From Neodothiora populina (Eukaryota): a DNA stretch of 64,000 bases. The position numbers and the translations under genes are program-made. The notes beneath the pieces were generated by a model. The model ran no database searches, had not been told where the DNA came from, and saw only the letters and a program-made list of their open reading frames with translations. The stretch covers positions 620,001 to 684,000 of the forward strand of contig NW_027191413.1 in assembly GCF_041146345.1 (NCBI RefSeq), given 5' to 3'. This document shows, one piece after another, positions 44,410 to 55,913 of the stretch; position 1 is the first letter of the stretch, and each line of letters starts with the position of its first letter.

Positions 44410-46392
44410 CTTTGTTGTTTATCTGTGATGCACTTTCTCTTTTCAACTGCCTCAGATGGTATATTCTGAGTGCTATCGCTATAGCGCTCGAAAGGCGATG
44501 GAGACGTTGGCTTCAAGCCCGGGAATGGAGCTTTCGCGAGAGTGGAGTGTGGTGTGTCGGGGTTTCTCTAGACGTGAACCTCGAAGATAAAACCAGTCCA
44601 AATGGTGTTGGTGGGATTTTTCCCAGGATTGTGTTATGGGGCGAGAATGGCGTGCGTTACCGGCTTATCGGTATCGCGATGGATGGGTGCTTGCTCTGCT
44701 CTCGACCTTTTTCTGAAGCGGAAGCTCAAACAAAGGCAATTGATAGGTTGAAGCGAGAGAGCACGGCGTGCGCGGGCCGACAATCGAGTGCGAGGGAACA
44801 ACAGAGACAAAGCGATACGATGACTGCTTTGCTTGCTTTACTTTGCTTTGGTTCTTTTTCTTGTAGTCTGATGCCCAATCTCTCGTGTCAGTCAAAAGAC
44901 GTCCGTGGGATTTTGGTCGAATTAGGAATTACGCAGCGCTCTGACGTACACTTTGTATGTTTCAGACAGGGTCGGGCAGGGATTGGGATTCTCAGAGCCG
45001 GCTGTGGCAGTATGTGCTGCTTGAATTGGCACGTAAAGTGCAGTGCTTGTACAGTAGTGGCGGAGTGGCTGGGGGTAAGAGATATATAGTGTATCTGCAG
45101 CAACAATAATTGAGGGCAGGGTTTCAGATTGGCGAGAGACGAGAGGGTAGAGGTACGTGGAGAGCTGATAATGATGATGATGTGGGCAAGAACACGCGGG
45201 TTACATTGGAAGAAGAGGAACGAGCGAGCAGCGGCACTTGTGACTTCAGCTTTGCTTTGCTCAAAGTAAAAGTAGTGTGAAGCTTTGTGCTTTGTGCCTT
45301 TGTGCTCCTGTGCTTCACACTTGTCGTGTTTGGAGATGGCCCAGGGTTTGGAGCGAGAGCTGTGGAGCACACGGTAAAGTCACTCTCCTTGCCTCCAAGA
45401 CAGCCTGTACACTATGTGCGTAACGGCAATCAATGCACCCTTGTGCTCCGGGTATAATTACCTTTCGCCCACCTCTCAAAACGCTTTGTGCATCAGACAA
45501 TTCACTCTGTATCTGACTCTGCCTACCTTACCTTCCCTTCATCTTCTAATGCCTGACGTTCACATAAGGTTCAATAGTCGATTGGACCTGCGGGAAAGGG
45601 TCCATCATTGCTCTTTGTAAGGTAAGAAATGGAACTCTACGCTATCACCTTCGTACAGTACCTTTGTACATCCGTCCGAGTATATCTGCTGTCGAACGCT
45701 GGTTCACATGCAGTATATGGTGGCACCTCCTTCCAAGCTGCGTCTCCTCTTTACATCTTGGTCTTGTCTAGCCAGAAGCCGAAACATGCGCGTTTTTCCC
45801 ATATGCCTCTGTCATATGTCAACCCGTGTGTTCCATGCATGCATCACTCTTCATGTGGAACACCTGACAGCTGCATGAGCATTGATGGGGCGAGCAACGT
45901 GCGAGCTTCTATGGCTACCTTACCGTATTGCTGCTGTTCTGCTGCTGCTCGTGCCACCCCGCACAGCTACTGTACATGCTTCCGAAAGCCGTTGGAGCAA
46001 GCTATACCCCTAGTTCCGATTCTCCAAAAATCTCTTGGAGATTGGCATTGCCGGTTATCAGGTAGGTCAGCAGACGAGCAGAGAGAGATTGGCATCGCGC
46101 ACTATGATCATCGGAAGGAACTCAATCCCCTGTTCGAGTCATCGTTAGCTCTATCTCCATTGACAGAAGCAAAATCGCACTGTGTTTGAACAAGGCATTC
46201 GTACAAGGAAGGTAAATCTTGGCATCACAGGTACTTGTATCTGGACCGACAAAGCTTGACTGCTCTGCCTTGGCTTGGCTTTTCTATACAGCATGGACTT
46301 TTTTGCATCAAGAATTGTTATTATCACCGAAGACTATTTCTCTCGTACATACACATAATTGACTACAGACAAAATAAAAACATAACAGCAAG

Positions 46393-47256
46393 ATGGCATT
46401 ACCACCCAAGAAGACATTCATCGTCGAACATCTAGACCCGGAGCTAGAGCAATGGTCAGCGCTCGAATATAAATGCATTGCCGAAGAATCAGAAGCATCG
46501 GGAGCATCATTTTACCTAACGTCAGTCCCCAAGGAACTGCAACTACCAGAGCAATTGAAGGCCGTCTCTGCCCTACAAGTCGAACACAGAGGTATAGAAG
46601 AAATCTACGCAGACCGCAAGAATCGCGTGTGCTTGCTCGATCCTGCCGCGAAGAAAGAACTCAGTCCCGAGGATGGCGACGACTTTGACATTTTTCTCTT
46701 CGGGGGTATCCTAGGTGACGATCCGCCCAGAGGTCAGTCAATCCCTCTCCTTTTCTTCTTCTTTTCCTTTTCCTCGCTTTTTCCCAATATCTGCAAAACT
46801 CATCTGCGGTTTCGCCCCCCTTATTGATCCGAGTCCACAGACCGCACATCCGAGCTCCGAAAGAAGGGCTACGAGGGCAGACGACTAGGTCCCATCCAGA
46901 TGACGACCGACACCGCTGTCCGCGTGACGCGAATGATCGTCCAGGAGCGCATCGAACTGGAGAAGATACCGTTCGTCGACAACCCTGAGATCAAAGTAGA
47001 CGAGCACGAGAGCACCGAGATGCCCTTCCGTTATGTGCTGGATGCGAACAAGAAGCCTATCTTCCCTGCTGTAAGTCGTGGATGTTTCTGCTTTCGTCAC
47101 TTCGCATGGGGAAGACGTTCAGTCGTGGATGTTTCTGCTTTCGTCACTTCGCATGGGGAAGACGTTCAGAGGATGGACTGGCTGACCAAAACTCGACAGG
47201 GCATGATTGACTTGATAAAGCATGACAGTGAACGAGGCATTGATGATTTATTATAG
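46393..47256 (+). CDS. SFM1: SPOUT-family protein arginine methyltransferase Sfm1, 3 exons
   Basis: FIVEHLDPEL..WSALEY, VCLLDP.A..ELSPEDG, FLFGGILGDDPPRDRTSELR, QMTTDTAVRV, MPFRYV; introns 46733-46840 and 47071-47199. Confidence 0.9.
47074..47169. repeat. Perfect 47-bp tandem duplication inside SFM1 intron 2
   Basis: AGTCGTGGATGTTTCTGCTTTCGTCACTTCGCATGGGGAAGACGTTC at 47074-47120 and again at 47121-47167. Confidence 0.95.
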
Positions 47257-47724
47257 ACTCGTAATATGCAAATATATACACGACTGAATATAGAAACTCT
47301 GACCAAAGCCCGTGGAGACGGTTCTTCGATAATCAATGGATCTGTCTATATTTCTTTGCATTCATGATTATGACCAAGTCGGATCCTTCGTCGCCCGCAA
47401 TTGGCTTGTCTGGAAGCATTGTGTGGTCAGACTTGCACAAGCATGTCGTACAGAAATGGTAATCAATCCGATGCAGATATGTCCATGATGAAATCGTATC
47501 CGTTTATTTCTGGGAAAGCTGCAATATCCCGATATGATGCAGAAAGCCTAATGCTTCAGTTCCCCATTCATGTGAGATCCACCCGTCCATTCAGGACCTC
47601 TTGTTTGAAGATGGTTTCATCAAACATACCGCAGAACGCCACAAGATACCCGTGCTTTTTTCATGGTCATTATGACAGACCACAGTAGTCCCTATGATGA
47701 GCCCTTTTGCAAGTGCCACACTCC

Positions 47725-48945
47725 TCACATATCTGCAGCCTTGACAGCCATGGCGAGAGCGCCATCGAAGGTCTTGTTACCTCCGATGAAGCCACTGGCG
47801 TGGATGAAGACACCACCAGGCACACCAGAGACCTTGCTCAGCTCTTCGTCTCTGACACCCTTCCACGCATCAGGAAGATCCTTTCTGTTCTCGAAGCTGC
47901 CTGCCTCGCGGCTGACGGATCTGATCCTCCACTTGCTGTCGGCCTCGCCGTTCTCGGCGAAGAGCACATACAAGACGTTGCCCTCGGTGTTGTTCTCCTT
48001 CTCCAGAGCATACAGGTGGTCGGCCCACGGCACGCCCTCGGGACGGTGCGGCACAACCATGATGCGGCCCTTGGGGTCATATGAGAGACGGTCCGTGAAC
48101 GCCTGCTTGACCACAGCGCGCGCAGGCAACCAAGAGTAGAATTTATCCATGAGCTCGCTGATGAACTGCTCTCCGACGAACTGACTGGCCTTGAGGAAAC
48201 GCTCGTCCTCGACCGCCTGTGCCTGCTCGGGCGACAACTTTTCCGTGACTGCGCCGGCCGACGCGGTGCCATTGGTTGAGATGGACGCCGAGGCTGCGAA
48301 AGCCGGGACCGGGTGCGAGTAGTTGATGCGGTTGACGACGCTGGCGAGGCTGAAGCCCTTGTCCTGGAATTTCCTCTCGATGCCTGCGCTGCGCAGCGCA
48401 TTGGGGTCGTAGGCGGAGACGCCGTTGTCGTTGGCGTCAAAGGCCTCGACGAAGTCGTCGTAGAGCTTCCAGTACAGGAGATCGGCGTCGGCAGAGTCAA
48501 TGGCTAGTCCAGTGCATTCCGAGATGATGGCTTTTCCGTAGTGCAGATAGACCAGTCCGGCGGATGAGAGCTTGGTCGAGTGCTTGGGGAAGACGGTGGT
48601 GAACTCGCGCTGGTGGTGGTCGTAACGCTTGGTGGCGTCGTCGTAGACACCGCCGACATCGACGACGGTGTGGCAAGGAGCGAGCCTCTCGGGATCACGC
48701 GTGCGCACGAGCTCGCTGTTCTTGTATTCTGGGAGGAGGCGCAGGAAGTAGACGGCGAGAGCCTCGTCTGCGTGGAAGTGGCCGCTGTGCGTGCCGATGA
48801 GAGGTCCTGACATTTTGATGCGTTTGGTGTCGGACATGTGTCGAAAAAGAATTGACGATGATGATTTGGGGACGAAGGCGATTGGGCTGTATCTATATGG
48901 CGAGGATTTCAGAAGATGGCGGCAATTATTGATGTTGGGCTTCAT
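47725..48945 (-). CDS. MYG1: MYG1 (UPF0160) DHH-family exonuclease; second in-frame ATG at 48837
   Basis: IGTHSGHFHADEALA, VVDVGG.YD...RYDHHQR, KLSSAGLVYLHYG, FDANDNG, WLPAR, FIHASGFIGG. Confidence 0.93.
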   Translation of the reverse strand: MKPNINNCRHLLKSSPYRYSPIAFVPKSSSSILFRHMSDTKRIKMSGPLIGTHSGHFHADEALAVYFLRLLPEYKNSELVRTRDPERLAPCHTVVDVGGVYDDATKRYDHHQREFTTVFPKHSTKLSSAGLVYLHYGKAIISECTGLAIDSADADLLYWKLYDDFVEAFDANDNGVSAYDPNALRSAGIERKFQDKGFSLASVVNRINYSHPVPAFAASASISTNGTASAGAVTEKLSPEQAQAVEDERFLKASQFVGEQFISELMDKFYSWLPARAVVKQAFTDRLSYDPKGRIMVVPHRPEGVPWADHLYALEKENNTEGNVLYVLFAENGEADSKWRIRSVSREAGSFENRKDLPDAWKGVRDEELSKVSGVPGGVFIHASGFIGGNKTFDGALAMAVKAADM

Positions 48946-49427
48946 ACGATTATGGTTTTGTTTCTTTCTCTTTACAGTGTTTTGCCAGGAAATTCGTTCA
49001 CTGCTGACCATCGTCCAAGGGTCTTACTGGTTAATGGCTTATCGGCCTCTTCTAAAGCCCGCCTCTAGATTCGATACGATAATAGCCCCTCACACCCCAC
49101 TCCACCCTGCATTCATGTTTCTATCACAAGGCAATCGAAAAGTGTCACACATTCAAGACTCGTGTACTGTGTCTCACGATCTGAAGAGTCAGCAACATTG
49201 TTACGGAACAAGCATTCATGGCTATGGACAATGTTTTCAGACTGATCTATGTACACATACACTAACAGCCCAGGGCATCGATAATATCTGCGACGCTGCT
49301 ATTCACCCTGTAGCCAATCAAGCAGATGCACAGGCACAGATTCGAGGATTCGTACAAGCCAGGATCCAATCTATCCAGACGAGCTAATTGCACCATTTAA
49401 GACGCTTCTCACTTGTGTCCTCCCAGT

Positions 49428-51029
49428 CTATCCTTCCAGTTCGGCGTCCCTAGGATCGAGGACACCCTCGTCTTCGTCGTCCTCGATATATTCCACACGG
49501 CTGGCGTCTACCCACTCAACGCCAGCTTCTCCGTACATTTTCTTCAGTAAGCGTGTGCGTGCCTCATGCTCTGTGATCTCGTCGGCATCCAAGTGCCTTA
49601 TCTCGAATGGTACGCAGCTCCCGACTCTGATTTTCTTTAAGTGAGGATATCCTGCAAGCTCTTTTGAGAATCCCTCCAGGTGGGCCTCCATCTCCTCGGA
49701 GGTGTTCAGGATTCCAAGATACTCCAATGACGAGGGCAAGATGTTTGAGAGTTGAAAAGGTTTATATTCTGCCGGGACATGACCCAAGCGTGCAGGAATA
49801 GGGTTTTGGAGGCCGGTGAGACCTGTCTGTTGTATCTCGAGGTGCTTCAAATTTTCGAAATTTCGAAGTGACGGCAATAGTGGCTCAATGCTCCCTGTGT
49901 CCACAATTGGTAGTACCTGATTGAGATCTGATATAATATCGATTGACAATTTCTCCAAAGTTGTCTCGTGACGCTTCAAGGCTTCACCGAGCTCTGACCA
50001 TTCGAATTGCAAGAGTTCTTCTCCGTTGTCTCCAGATGTGAAAAACACCTCTAGCTTTTGCAGGGATTTGCAGCTCTCCACTAGCTTCGAGATGGCTGCG
50101 CTCGACAGCCAGCAATTCTTCAGGCGAAGATCCCTTATGCTAGACCAACTTGGCTGGCATCGCCATTGTCCGTAGTCTTCGGGATCATCGTCACAGACAC
50201 TGTGATAGGTGATAAGGGTCTCGAGCTGCGGTAGACAAAAGACTTCCGACAATGCAGAAATTGGCATACCGATCTGGGTGTCTTTCATTTCGTGATCTCT
50301 GATCTCTACTTCTTTCAAACTTGAGAACCGATTCAGCTGGGAGGTTGCTTCAGCATTATCTCTGACAGCCGCATCAAATATTTTTTGGAACCAGAATTCG
50401 TATCTGTCCGTTGCGACATTGGGCAATGCTAATTGAAGCTTGCGGATATTGGGCACCAGAGCTAAAAGTAATGCTACCTCGGCATCTTCGTCGCCTTCAT
50501 GAAGAGCTGCAATCAATTCTTCGAGCGCCTCATATTGCGGCAGTAATTTCGAAGCAGCCTCGGAGAATGATTTGGCCAATGTACGACTAGGCCGTACCAG
50601 TATCACCTCATCATCAATGTCGGCTTCCCATTCGATAATAGACTTAAGAGATTCTCTAGTCTCCCATTGGTGAAGCTGCACGGTTCTGACTACGCCCGCT
50701 AGACCTGGTCGTTCTATAAGGGTTCGAAGATATTGTCGTAGAGCCCAGCATGGTTCGTGAATAATGGATTCGCCGTTCGCAGTAGGAAGCTGCCCACGGT
50801 CGCAGATATTCCTAGGCTTGACGAATACACTGTAAAGTGAAATCTCAGCAGCGGGCCGGAGTCGATCGCATGATAAGCAAATATTCACAAGCGTTTGGAA
50901 ACCTTCTTCGTCCAAATGCTCGTAATGTCCATAATCCTGCCAGATGCTCTGGTCCCACGAAATGAAATAGGAGAAGATTTGGAGCTGCACTTCCAGCGGC
51001 AGCGAGAATATATGGCCGCGTGTGGACAT
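49428..51029 (-). CDS. F-box / leucine-rich-repeat-like protein
   Basis: N-terminal IFSLPLEVQLQIFSYF F-box-like motif, YLRTLIERPGLAGVVRTV, LLALVPNIRKL, SLRNFENLKHLEI, ILPSSLEYL. Confidence 0.7.
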   Translation of the reverse strand: MSTRGHIFSLPLEVQLQIFSYFISWDQSIWQDYGHYEHLDEEGFQTLVNICLSCDRLRPAAEISLYSVFVKPRNICDRGQLPTANGESIIHEPCWALRQYLRTLIERPGLAGVVRTVQLHQWETRESLKSIIEWEADIDDEVILVRPSRTLAKSFSEAASKLLPQYEALEELIAALHEGDEDAEVALLLALVPNIRKLQLALPNVATDRYEFWFQKIFDAAVRDNAEATSQLNRFSSLKEVEIRDHEMKDTQIGMPISALSEVFCLPQLETLITYHSVCDDDPEDYGQWRCQPSWSSIRDLRLKNCWLSSAAISKLVESCKSLQKLEVFFTSGDNGEELLQFEWSELGEALKRHETTLEKLSIDIISDLNQVLPIVDTGSIEPLLPSLRNFENLKHLEIQQTGLTGLQNPIPARLGHVPAEYKPFQLSNILPSSLEYLGILNTSEEMEAHLEGFSKELAGYPHLKKIRVGSCVPFEIRHLDADEITEHEARTRLLKKMYGEAGVEWVDASRVEYIEDDEDEGVLDPRDAELEG

Positions 51030-51679
51030 GGAAGCGATGAGATAGTGCCGGAAAGATGGGTCCAACACTTCAGCGCTTGTCTAGTTAAGGCAGTCTATGA
51101 TGATGCCCCGTCCCGAAATTTAGTTGTCCGAATACATCTTTGACAAACATGCTCTGGGTGGTGGAGGTGGCAATGATATCGTCGCTCCGATTCAGCCCAT
51201 GTGTGTAGTATGAAGCTTGAGATTCACCAAAGTCCTTTTAGCCGCTGCACTATTGTCAGTACCAACTCGGAAGAGTTAAGAGATTGATCACATGACGGCA
51301 ATACGAACGGTATTTGGTAGCACAGTATGCAGAGTTTCATGCTTCAATTAGTATAAGACGATGAGGTTCTGTGTGGAGTCGCTCGACGATGCAATCATTG
51401 ATTGAGCCTGCCAAGCATTAGTGTTGATCGGGTGGTTACATCGAATTTGTATAATTAAGGAAGTACAGTCGCAGGTCCGCTTTCAGGATCACATTATATC
51501 CAGCTTCCAATTAGGAATGCATAGCAATTGGCTGTTCGCGCTTACCATACGTCGACTTCTTCTGCATGTAAAGCTGTTACCTCAATGATATCATCGAGGT
51601 CACATCGGAGTGCCAGGCCTAAGTGGCAACCCCCATGACCAGACCAGACCACTCGTGCACGCAAATTGAATCAAAGCGA

Positions 51680-54649
51680 ATGTCTACAACCGTGCCGAAG
51701 CACTTAAGCACTACAGATGACGGTCGCATTGCCATCACTCGATTGCCCGCAGATGCGATTGCTCAGATCAAATCTTCAGGAACTATCACAAACCTGACCA
51801 ATGTAGTCACTGGTTTACTCGAAAATTCTTTAGACGCTCAAGCGACTAACGTTGAGATTCTGGTTGACTCTCGTCGTGGAGGCTGTACGATCGAAGACAA
51901 TGGATTCGGTATCTTGCCTGCTGAGTTTGGTGAAGATGGAGGGCTAGGCCATGTTTATCACACCTCGAAACGTAGCGGCAATCTACAGCGAGAGACTCAT
52001 GGCGGAGACGGAGTGTTCCTGGCATCGTTGGCTGCTTTATCGTACGTGACGATTACCTCTCGACATCGGGGCCATTATTCTCATAATACTTTGGCAATGC
52101 ACCATGCGAGGCCTATAACGAGATTATTACCTGCACCTGTACAGCAGCACCTTCACGGAGTGTCCTCTGGCACCCGCGTCGTAATGAGGGACTTGTTCGG
52201 CAACATGCCTGTGAGAGTCAAACAACGAGCAATACATGCTGAAAATCCTGCGAAGGACGAGAAGGATTGGCAAGTATTGCGTAAGGCTATAGTCAGTCTT
52301 CTCCTACCGTGGAGGGGAGAAATCACTGTCAAAGTTCAAGATATCGGAAACGCATCTCATCACTTTGCAATCACTTGTAACAAGTTGAGTCATTCAGACT
52401 CGGCATGGGTCGAAGCATCGGAGCGCAGCCTGTCTGCTATCGATCGATCCAATATCATTAATATCCTAGCTCAAGCTAAACTTAGTTCGTTTGCGTTGAA
52501 GGAGACTTGGATACCAGCATTTGCGTCTACAGGGGACCTATCAATAAGGGGCCTGATCTCCACGGAGCCAGCCCCAAGCCGAAGTTGTCAGTTCATTTCC
52601 ATTGGTATCATGTCATGCACCGAAAACTCCGATCACCACGCACTCTTCGATACGGTCAATCACGCCTTCAATCAGTCTAGCTTTGGAGTTCTCGAGCAAG
52701 GTGCCTCAAAAGATCAAGAGTGGCGTGACCTTCGTTACAAGCAGGATGGGCCTACTGGTAGACAGCGAGGGTCCGGTGCCAGAAGTGTAGATCGATGGCC
52801 CAGATTTTATATTCGTATCGATACGGAAGAAGGGGTCCAACCTCGAAGACTGTTCAGCAATTCAGATCCGACATCTATCGTTGAGGTACTGGACGCCTTG
52901 ACGCATCGATGGCTGGAGTCGAATCATTTTGGCCCGAAGAAACGCTCAATCAAAAGCCATCCCGACGAAGCTGAGTCGTTTTCAACATATGGTGCACCCA
53001 ACCCTACTCGTGATTGCAGTGTGACCCGGGAGAACACCGTTGACGCGGATAAGCCCGAAGTGGCAACAAGTCATATGGCGACAGCTACTTCGTCCAAGCA
53101 TGGTAGAAAAGAGCTACATCGCCCATACACCCAGCGGTCTTTCACAGATTGGAGCAGGATTAAGAGTAGCAGAGTTGCTCTATACGATGAGATGTGGAAA
53201 TGCCAGAGCCAGACAGCCAGTTCCTCAAACTGCAAAGAAGTCCCACCCAGTATCAATATACAAAGACTGACAACTAGAGAATCACGTTCCGCCTCGAACT
53301 CACCAGTCCCTGATCTGTTCCAAGCCACACGTGAAGACGTACAGCTTACCAGCAAGTCTGCCATCTGCGAGGGAGAAGCTCTGAAGTCTATGACCTCGGA
53401 AGATGTCGTTGACTGGATGGACCCAACCAGTAAACGAATCATTCGCATCGACGCTCGCACTGGGATGTTGGCACCGCAGATCCAGGAGTCCTTCAACGAT
53501 GATACCCAGGCATCGGAGAAGGCTGCAACGAAGCGCATGCGTTTGTCAACCCATAGCCATCCCATGAGCTTCAGGCGACTACCAAGTGCTCCAACAGACA
53601 GATCGCCATCTCCCTGGCTCCGCAACGTTATTGATGGTAGTGACAACACCGTGTTCGCGAACCAGAAAGAGCAATCGATTCCAGTCGCCACTTACGAAGG
53701 ACCGGGACATGAAGCAGGTGGTATCAAGCGGTGTCGCACAGGGCGTGACAAGGACAACTTCTTTGCCCAGGCTGGGAGTGGCTCGACAAGTCGTTTGTCC
53801 AAAGGTTTCTTGTCGACTGCTGAGGTCATTTCTCAGGTGGATCAGAAGTTCATCTTACTGAAAATGAACTTGACAGAGCACTGCAAGGAAGGGCCTGCAG
53901 AAACGAGAGCTGCACTCGTCATGGTCGATCAGCACGCGGCATCTGAACGATGCATTCTGGAAGATCTATACACTGACCTATGTCAACCACAATCTGGCGG
54001 CAGATCTGCGAGGTCCAATCTGGGCGTCACATCCATGATAAACACAGTGACGTTGGATAGAGGCATACAATATCAGGTGTGTGGCTCCGAAGTCGCCATG
54101 TTCAAAGCCAATGCAGCCCACTTTGCCCGATGTGGCATCTTATACAACATCAGCGATACACAAACAAGCCGCGGTGAAAATGGTATGTTAGAGGTCTTGA
54201 CCATACCACCTGGCATTTCCGAACGATGCCTTTCCCAGCCAGAGCTTCTGATCGAACTACTGCGGGCGGAACTATACAACGACTCGGCACACGTGAATAC
54301 CTCGGCGAAGTCACAAGCCGAAGATGACGACTCGCCGGGCTGGCTTAGACAGATCGGATCATGTCCTCAAGGTCTGATACAAATGCTCAAGTCACGAGCC
54401 TGCCGCAGCGCCATCATGTTCAATGATCCACTGTCGATGATGGAATGTCGAGAACTTGTGCGCAAGTTGTCTGGGTGCGCTTTTCCGTTCATTTGCGCTC
54501 ATGGCAGAGTCAGTATGGTGCCCATTGTGTATATCGATGGCGAGGGTAATGATGATTGTGAGAGTGTATTCGAGACTTACAAGGAGTCACGAAAGGAGAA
54601 ATCCTTTGCGGATAGTTACAAGGACTGGGTTGCTAAGAGGCGGAAGTGA
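51680..54649 (+). CDS. MLH3: MutL homologue Mlh3 (mismatch repair / meiotic crossover)
   Basis: GHKL ATPase (LLENSLDA, IEDNGFGI, HTSK, DLFGNMPVR); C-terminal QVDQKFIL, DQHAASERCILE endonuclease motif, SRACRSAIMFND, FPFICAHGR. Confidence 0.9.
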   Translation: MSTTVPKHLSTTDDGRIAITRLPADAIAQIKSSGTITNLTNVVTGLLENSLDAQATNVEILVDSRRGGCTIEDNGFGILPAEFGEDGGLGHVYHTSKRSGNLQRETHGGDGVFLASLAALSYVTITSRHRGHYSHNTLAMHHARPITRLLPAPVQQHLHGVSSGTRVVMRDLFGNMPVRVKQRAIHAENPAKDEKDWQVLRKAIVSLLLPWRGEITVKVQDIGNASHHFAITCNKLSHSDSAWVEASERSLSAIDRSNIINILAQAKLSSFALKETWIPAFASTGDLSIRGLISTEPAPSRSCQFISIGIMSCTENSDHHALFDTVNHAFNQSSFGVLEQGASKDQEWRDLRYKQDGPTGRQRGSGARSVDRWPRFYIRIDTEEGVQPRRLFSNSDPTSIVEVLDALTHRWLESNHFGPKKRSIKSHPDEAESFSTYGAPNPTRDCSVTRENTVDADKPEVATSHMATATSSKHGRKELHRPYTQRSFTDWSRIKSSRVALYDEMWKCQSQTASSSNCKEVPPSINIQRLTTRESRSASNSPVPDLFQATREDVQLTSKSAICEGEALKSMTSEDVVDWMDPTSKRIIRIDARTGMLAPQIQESFNDDTQASEKAATKRMRLSTHSHPMSFRRLPSAPTDRSPSPWLRNVIDGSDNTVFANQKEQSIPVATYEGPGHEAGGIKRCRTGRDKDNFFAQAGSGSTSRLSKGFLSTAEVISQVDQKFILLKMNLTEHCKEGPAETRAALVMVDQHAASERCILEDLYTDLCQPQSGGRSARSNLGVTSMINTVTLDRGIQYQVCGSEVAMFKANAAHFARCGILYNISDTQTSRGENGMLEVLTIPPGISERCLSQPELLIELLRAELYNDSAHVNTSAKSQAEDDDSPGWLRQIGSCPQGLIQMLKSRACRSAIMFNDPLSMMECRELVRKLSGCAFPFICAHGRVSMVPIVYIDGEGNDDCESVFETYKESRKEKSFADSYKDWVAKRRK

Positions 54650-55360
54650 GATGTGTCGGGGTAGATAGCTATCCAATGCCTCTCTGGTTCTTGTTTACAT
54701 TACTTGTCCTCGAATATTTGAACAACCCACTGCGCGGGCAACTTAGCAAGCTTCGTGTGACATTTCAGTGACACCACCGTCGACATATATCACGGCTCTA
54801 TCTCAAGGGGCCATCAACGCTCCTTCTTCGATACAGAAGTCACATGAGTGAGCCATGATTTCAAGTGCATCGACACAACGCGCACAGATGTCACTACATA
54901 GCCCCATTGGAAGTTGTACCTCTTCTACTACGCTTGTGATCCTCGTATAATTTCTTATGCATCGATATAATGTACTGAAGCCACGAGATTCTCGAAGATT
55001 AGACATTGGCCAGGAGGGGCGGAAGCTCAAGGGGGGAGAAGAGGGGGACCCTGTCCACATCTGCTCAGACGCTCATTTCATTGCTGTCCTTCAGTCACTC
55101 GTTGACTCATTCATGTCACTCGCTCGTGCACCCATATATGTAACGCACATACAGAACGAAGTGCCTCTATCATATGCACCAGCGCTTCTGGTAAACATCA
55201 AAGTATCTTCTCTTCCTCACCTTATAGACAGACGGCATGAATATCTAGAGATGACTGTGGACCGCACGTCCTCCAAATTCACTTATAGGTAGCACAATAG
55301 GTCAGGTCTAGATATGTTGCTTTTCGAGGTTTGTGTGGCTGGGGTTTGGCATCGGTTTAT

Positions 55361-55385
55361 GCTGCTACTACTGCTTCTACTGCTA

Positions 55386-55423
<38 letters not shown>

Positions 55424-55429
55424 ACCGCT
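55361..55429. repeat. Compound (CTA/CTG)n trinucleotide microsatellite
   Basis: gctgctactactgcttctactgctactactactactactactgctgctgctgctgctgctacc read directly. Confidence 0.85.
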
Positions 55430-55913
55430 CCCAACACAGAGAAGGAGTCTGCGATGATTCTCCAGTCCTTGCCATCAGATGACCGTGTTAATTCTCTTCT
55501 CTGCTTTGTGGACTGCAACGCGTCGAGTCATATGTCGACTATGAACCTTGGACGTAGCTGGGCAGATCATCCTTTCTTTACGCTATCACGGGCGTGTGAT
55601 CGAGAGTCTGGAATTGCGTGATCGGCGCTCGACGAACACCCTTTGATCCTGTTGCGTTGATCGCGGTCGCAGTGCAGTGCAGCGTTGCTGTTGCCATGGC
55701 CACCTCTGTTGCGACCTACCGAGGGCATTGGCGAGGCTGCACTCTTGCCTTGTGGGCAGGAAGACGCGATGGGCAGTAGCAGGGCGAGTCCGTCGATCGA
55801 TGCGATACACCCGTTCCTGACAGCCGTGTACATTCCGGTAGTCTGCTCCTCCTTGCTTCAGAGGACCATCCAGTATAGAAAGCAGAGAACTGGGACATCT
55901 CAATACCCAATCT

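Noticed and set aside
44412..46189. ORFs of 225, 160 and 186 aa between IGO1 and SFM1
   Set aside because: Cys/Trp-rich random-looking composition, no domain and no supporting splice structure; probably promoter or UTR sequence.
47074..47169. 47-bp repeat as a CRISPR-like array
   Set aside because: Only two adjacent copies, no spacers, in a eukaryotic intron.
55331..55621. ORF with poly-Thr/Ala
   Set aside because: Explained by the CTA/CTG microsatellite; starts at TTG; no other support.
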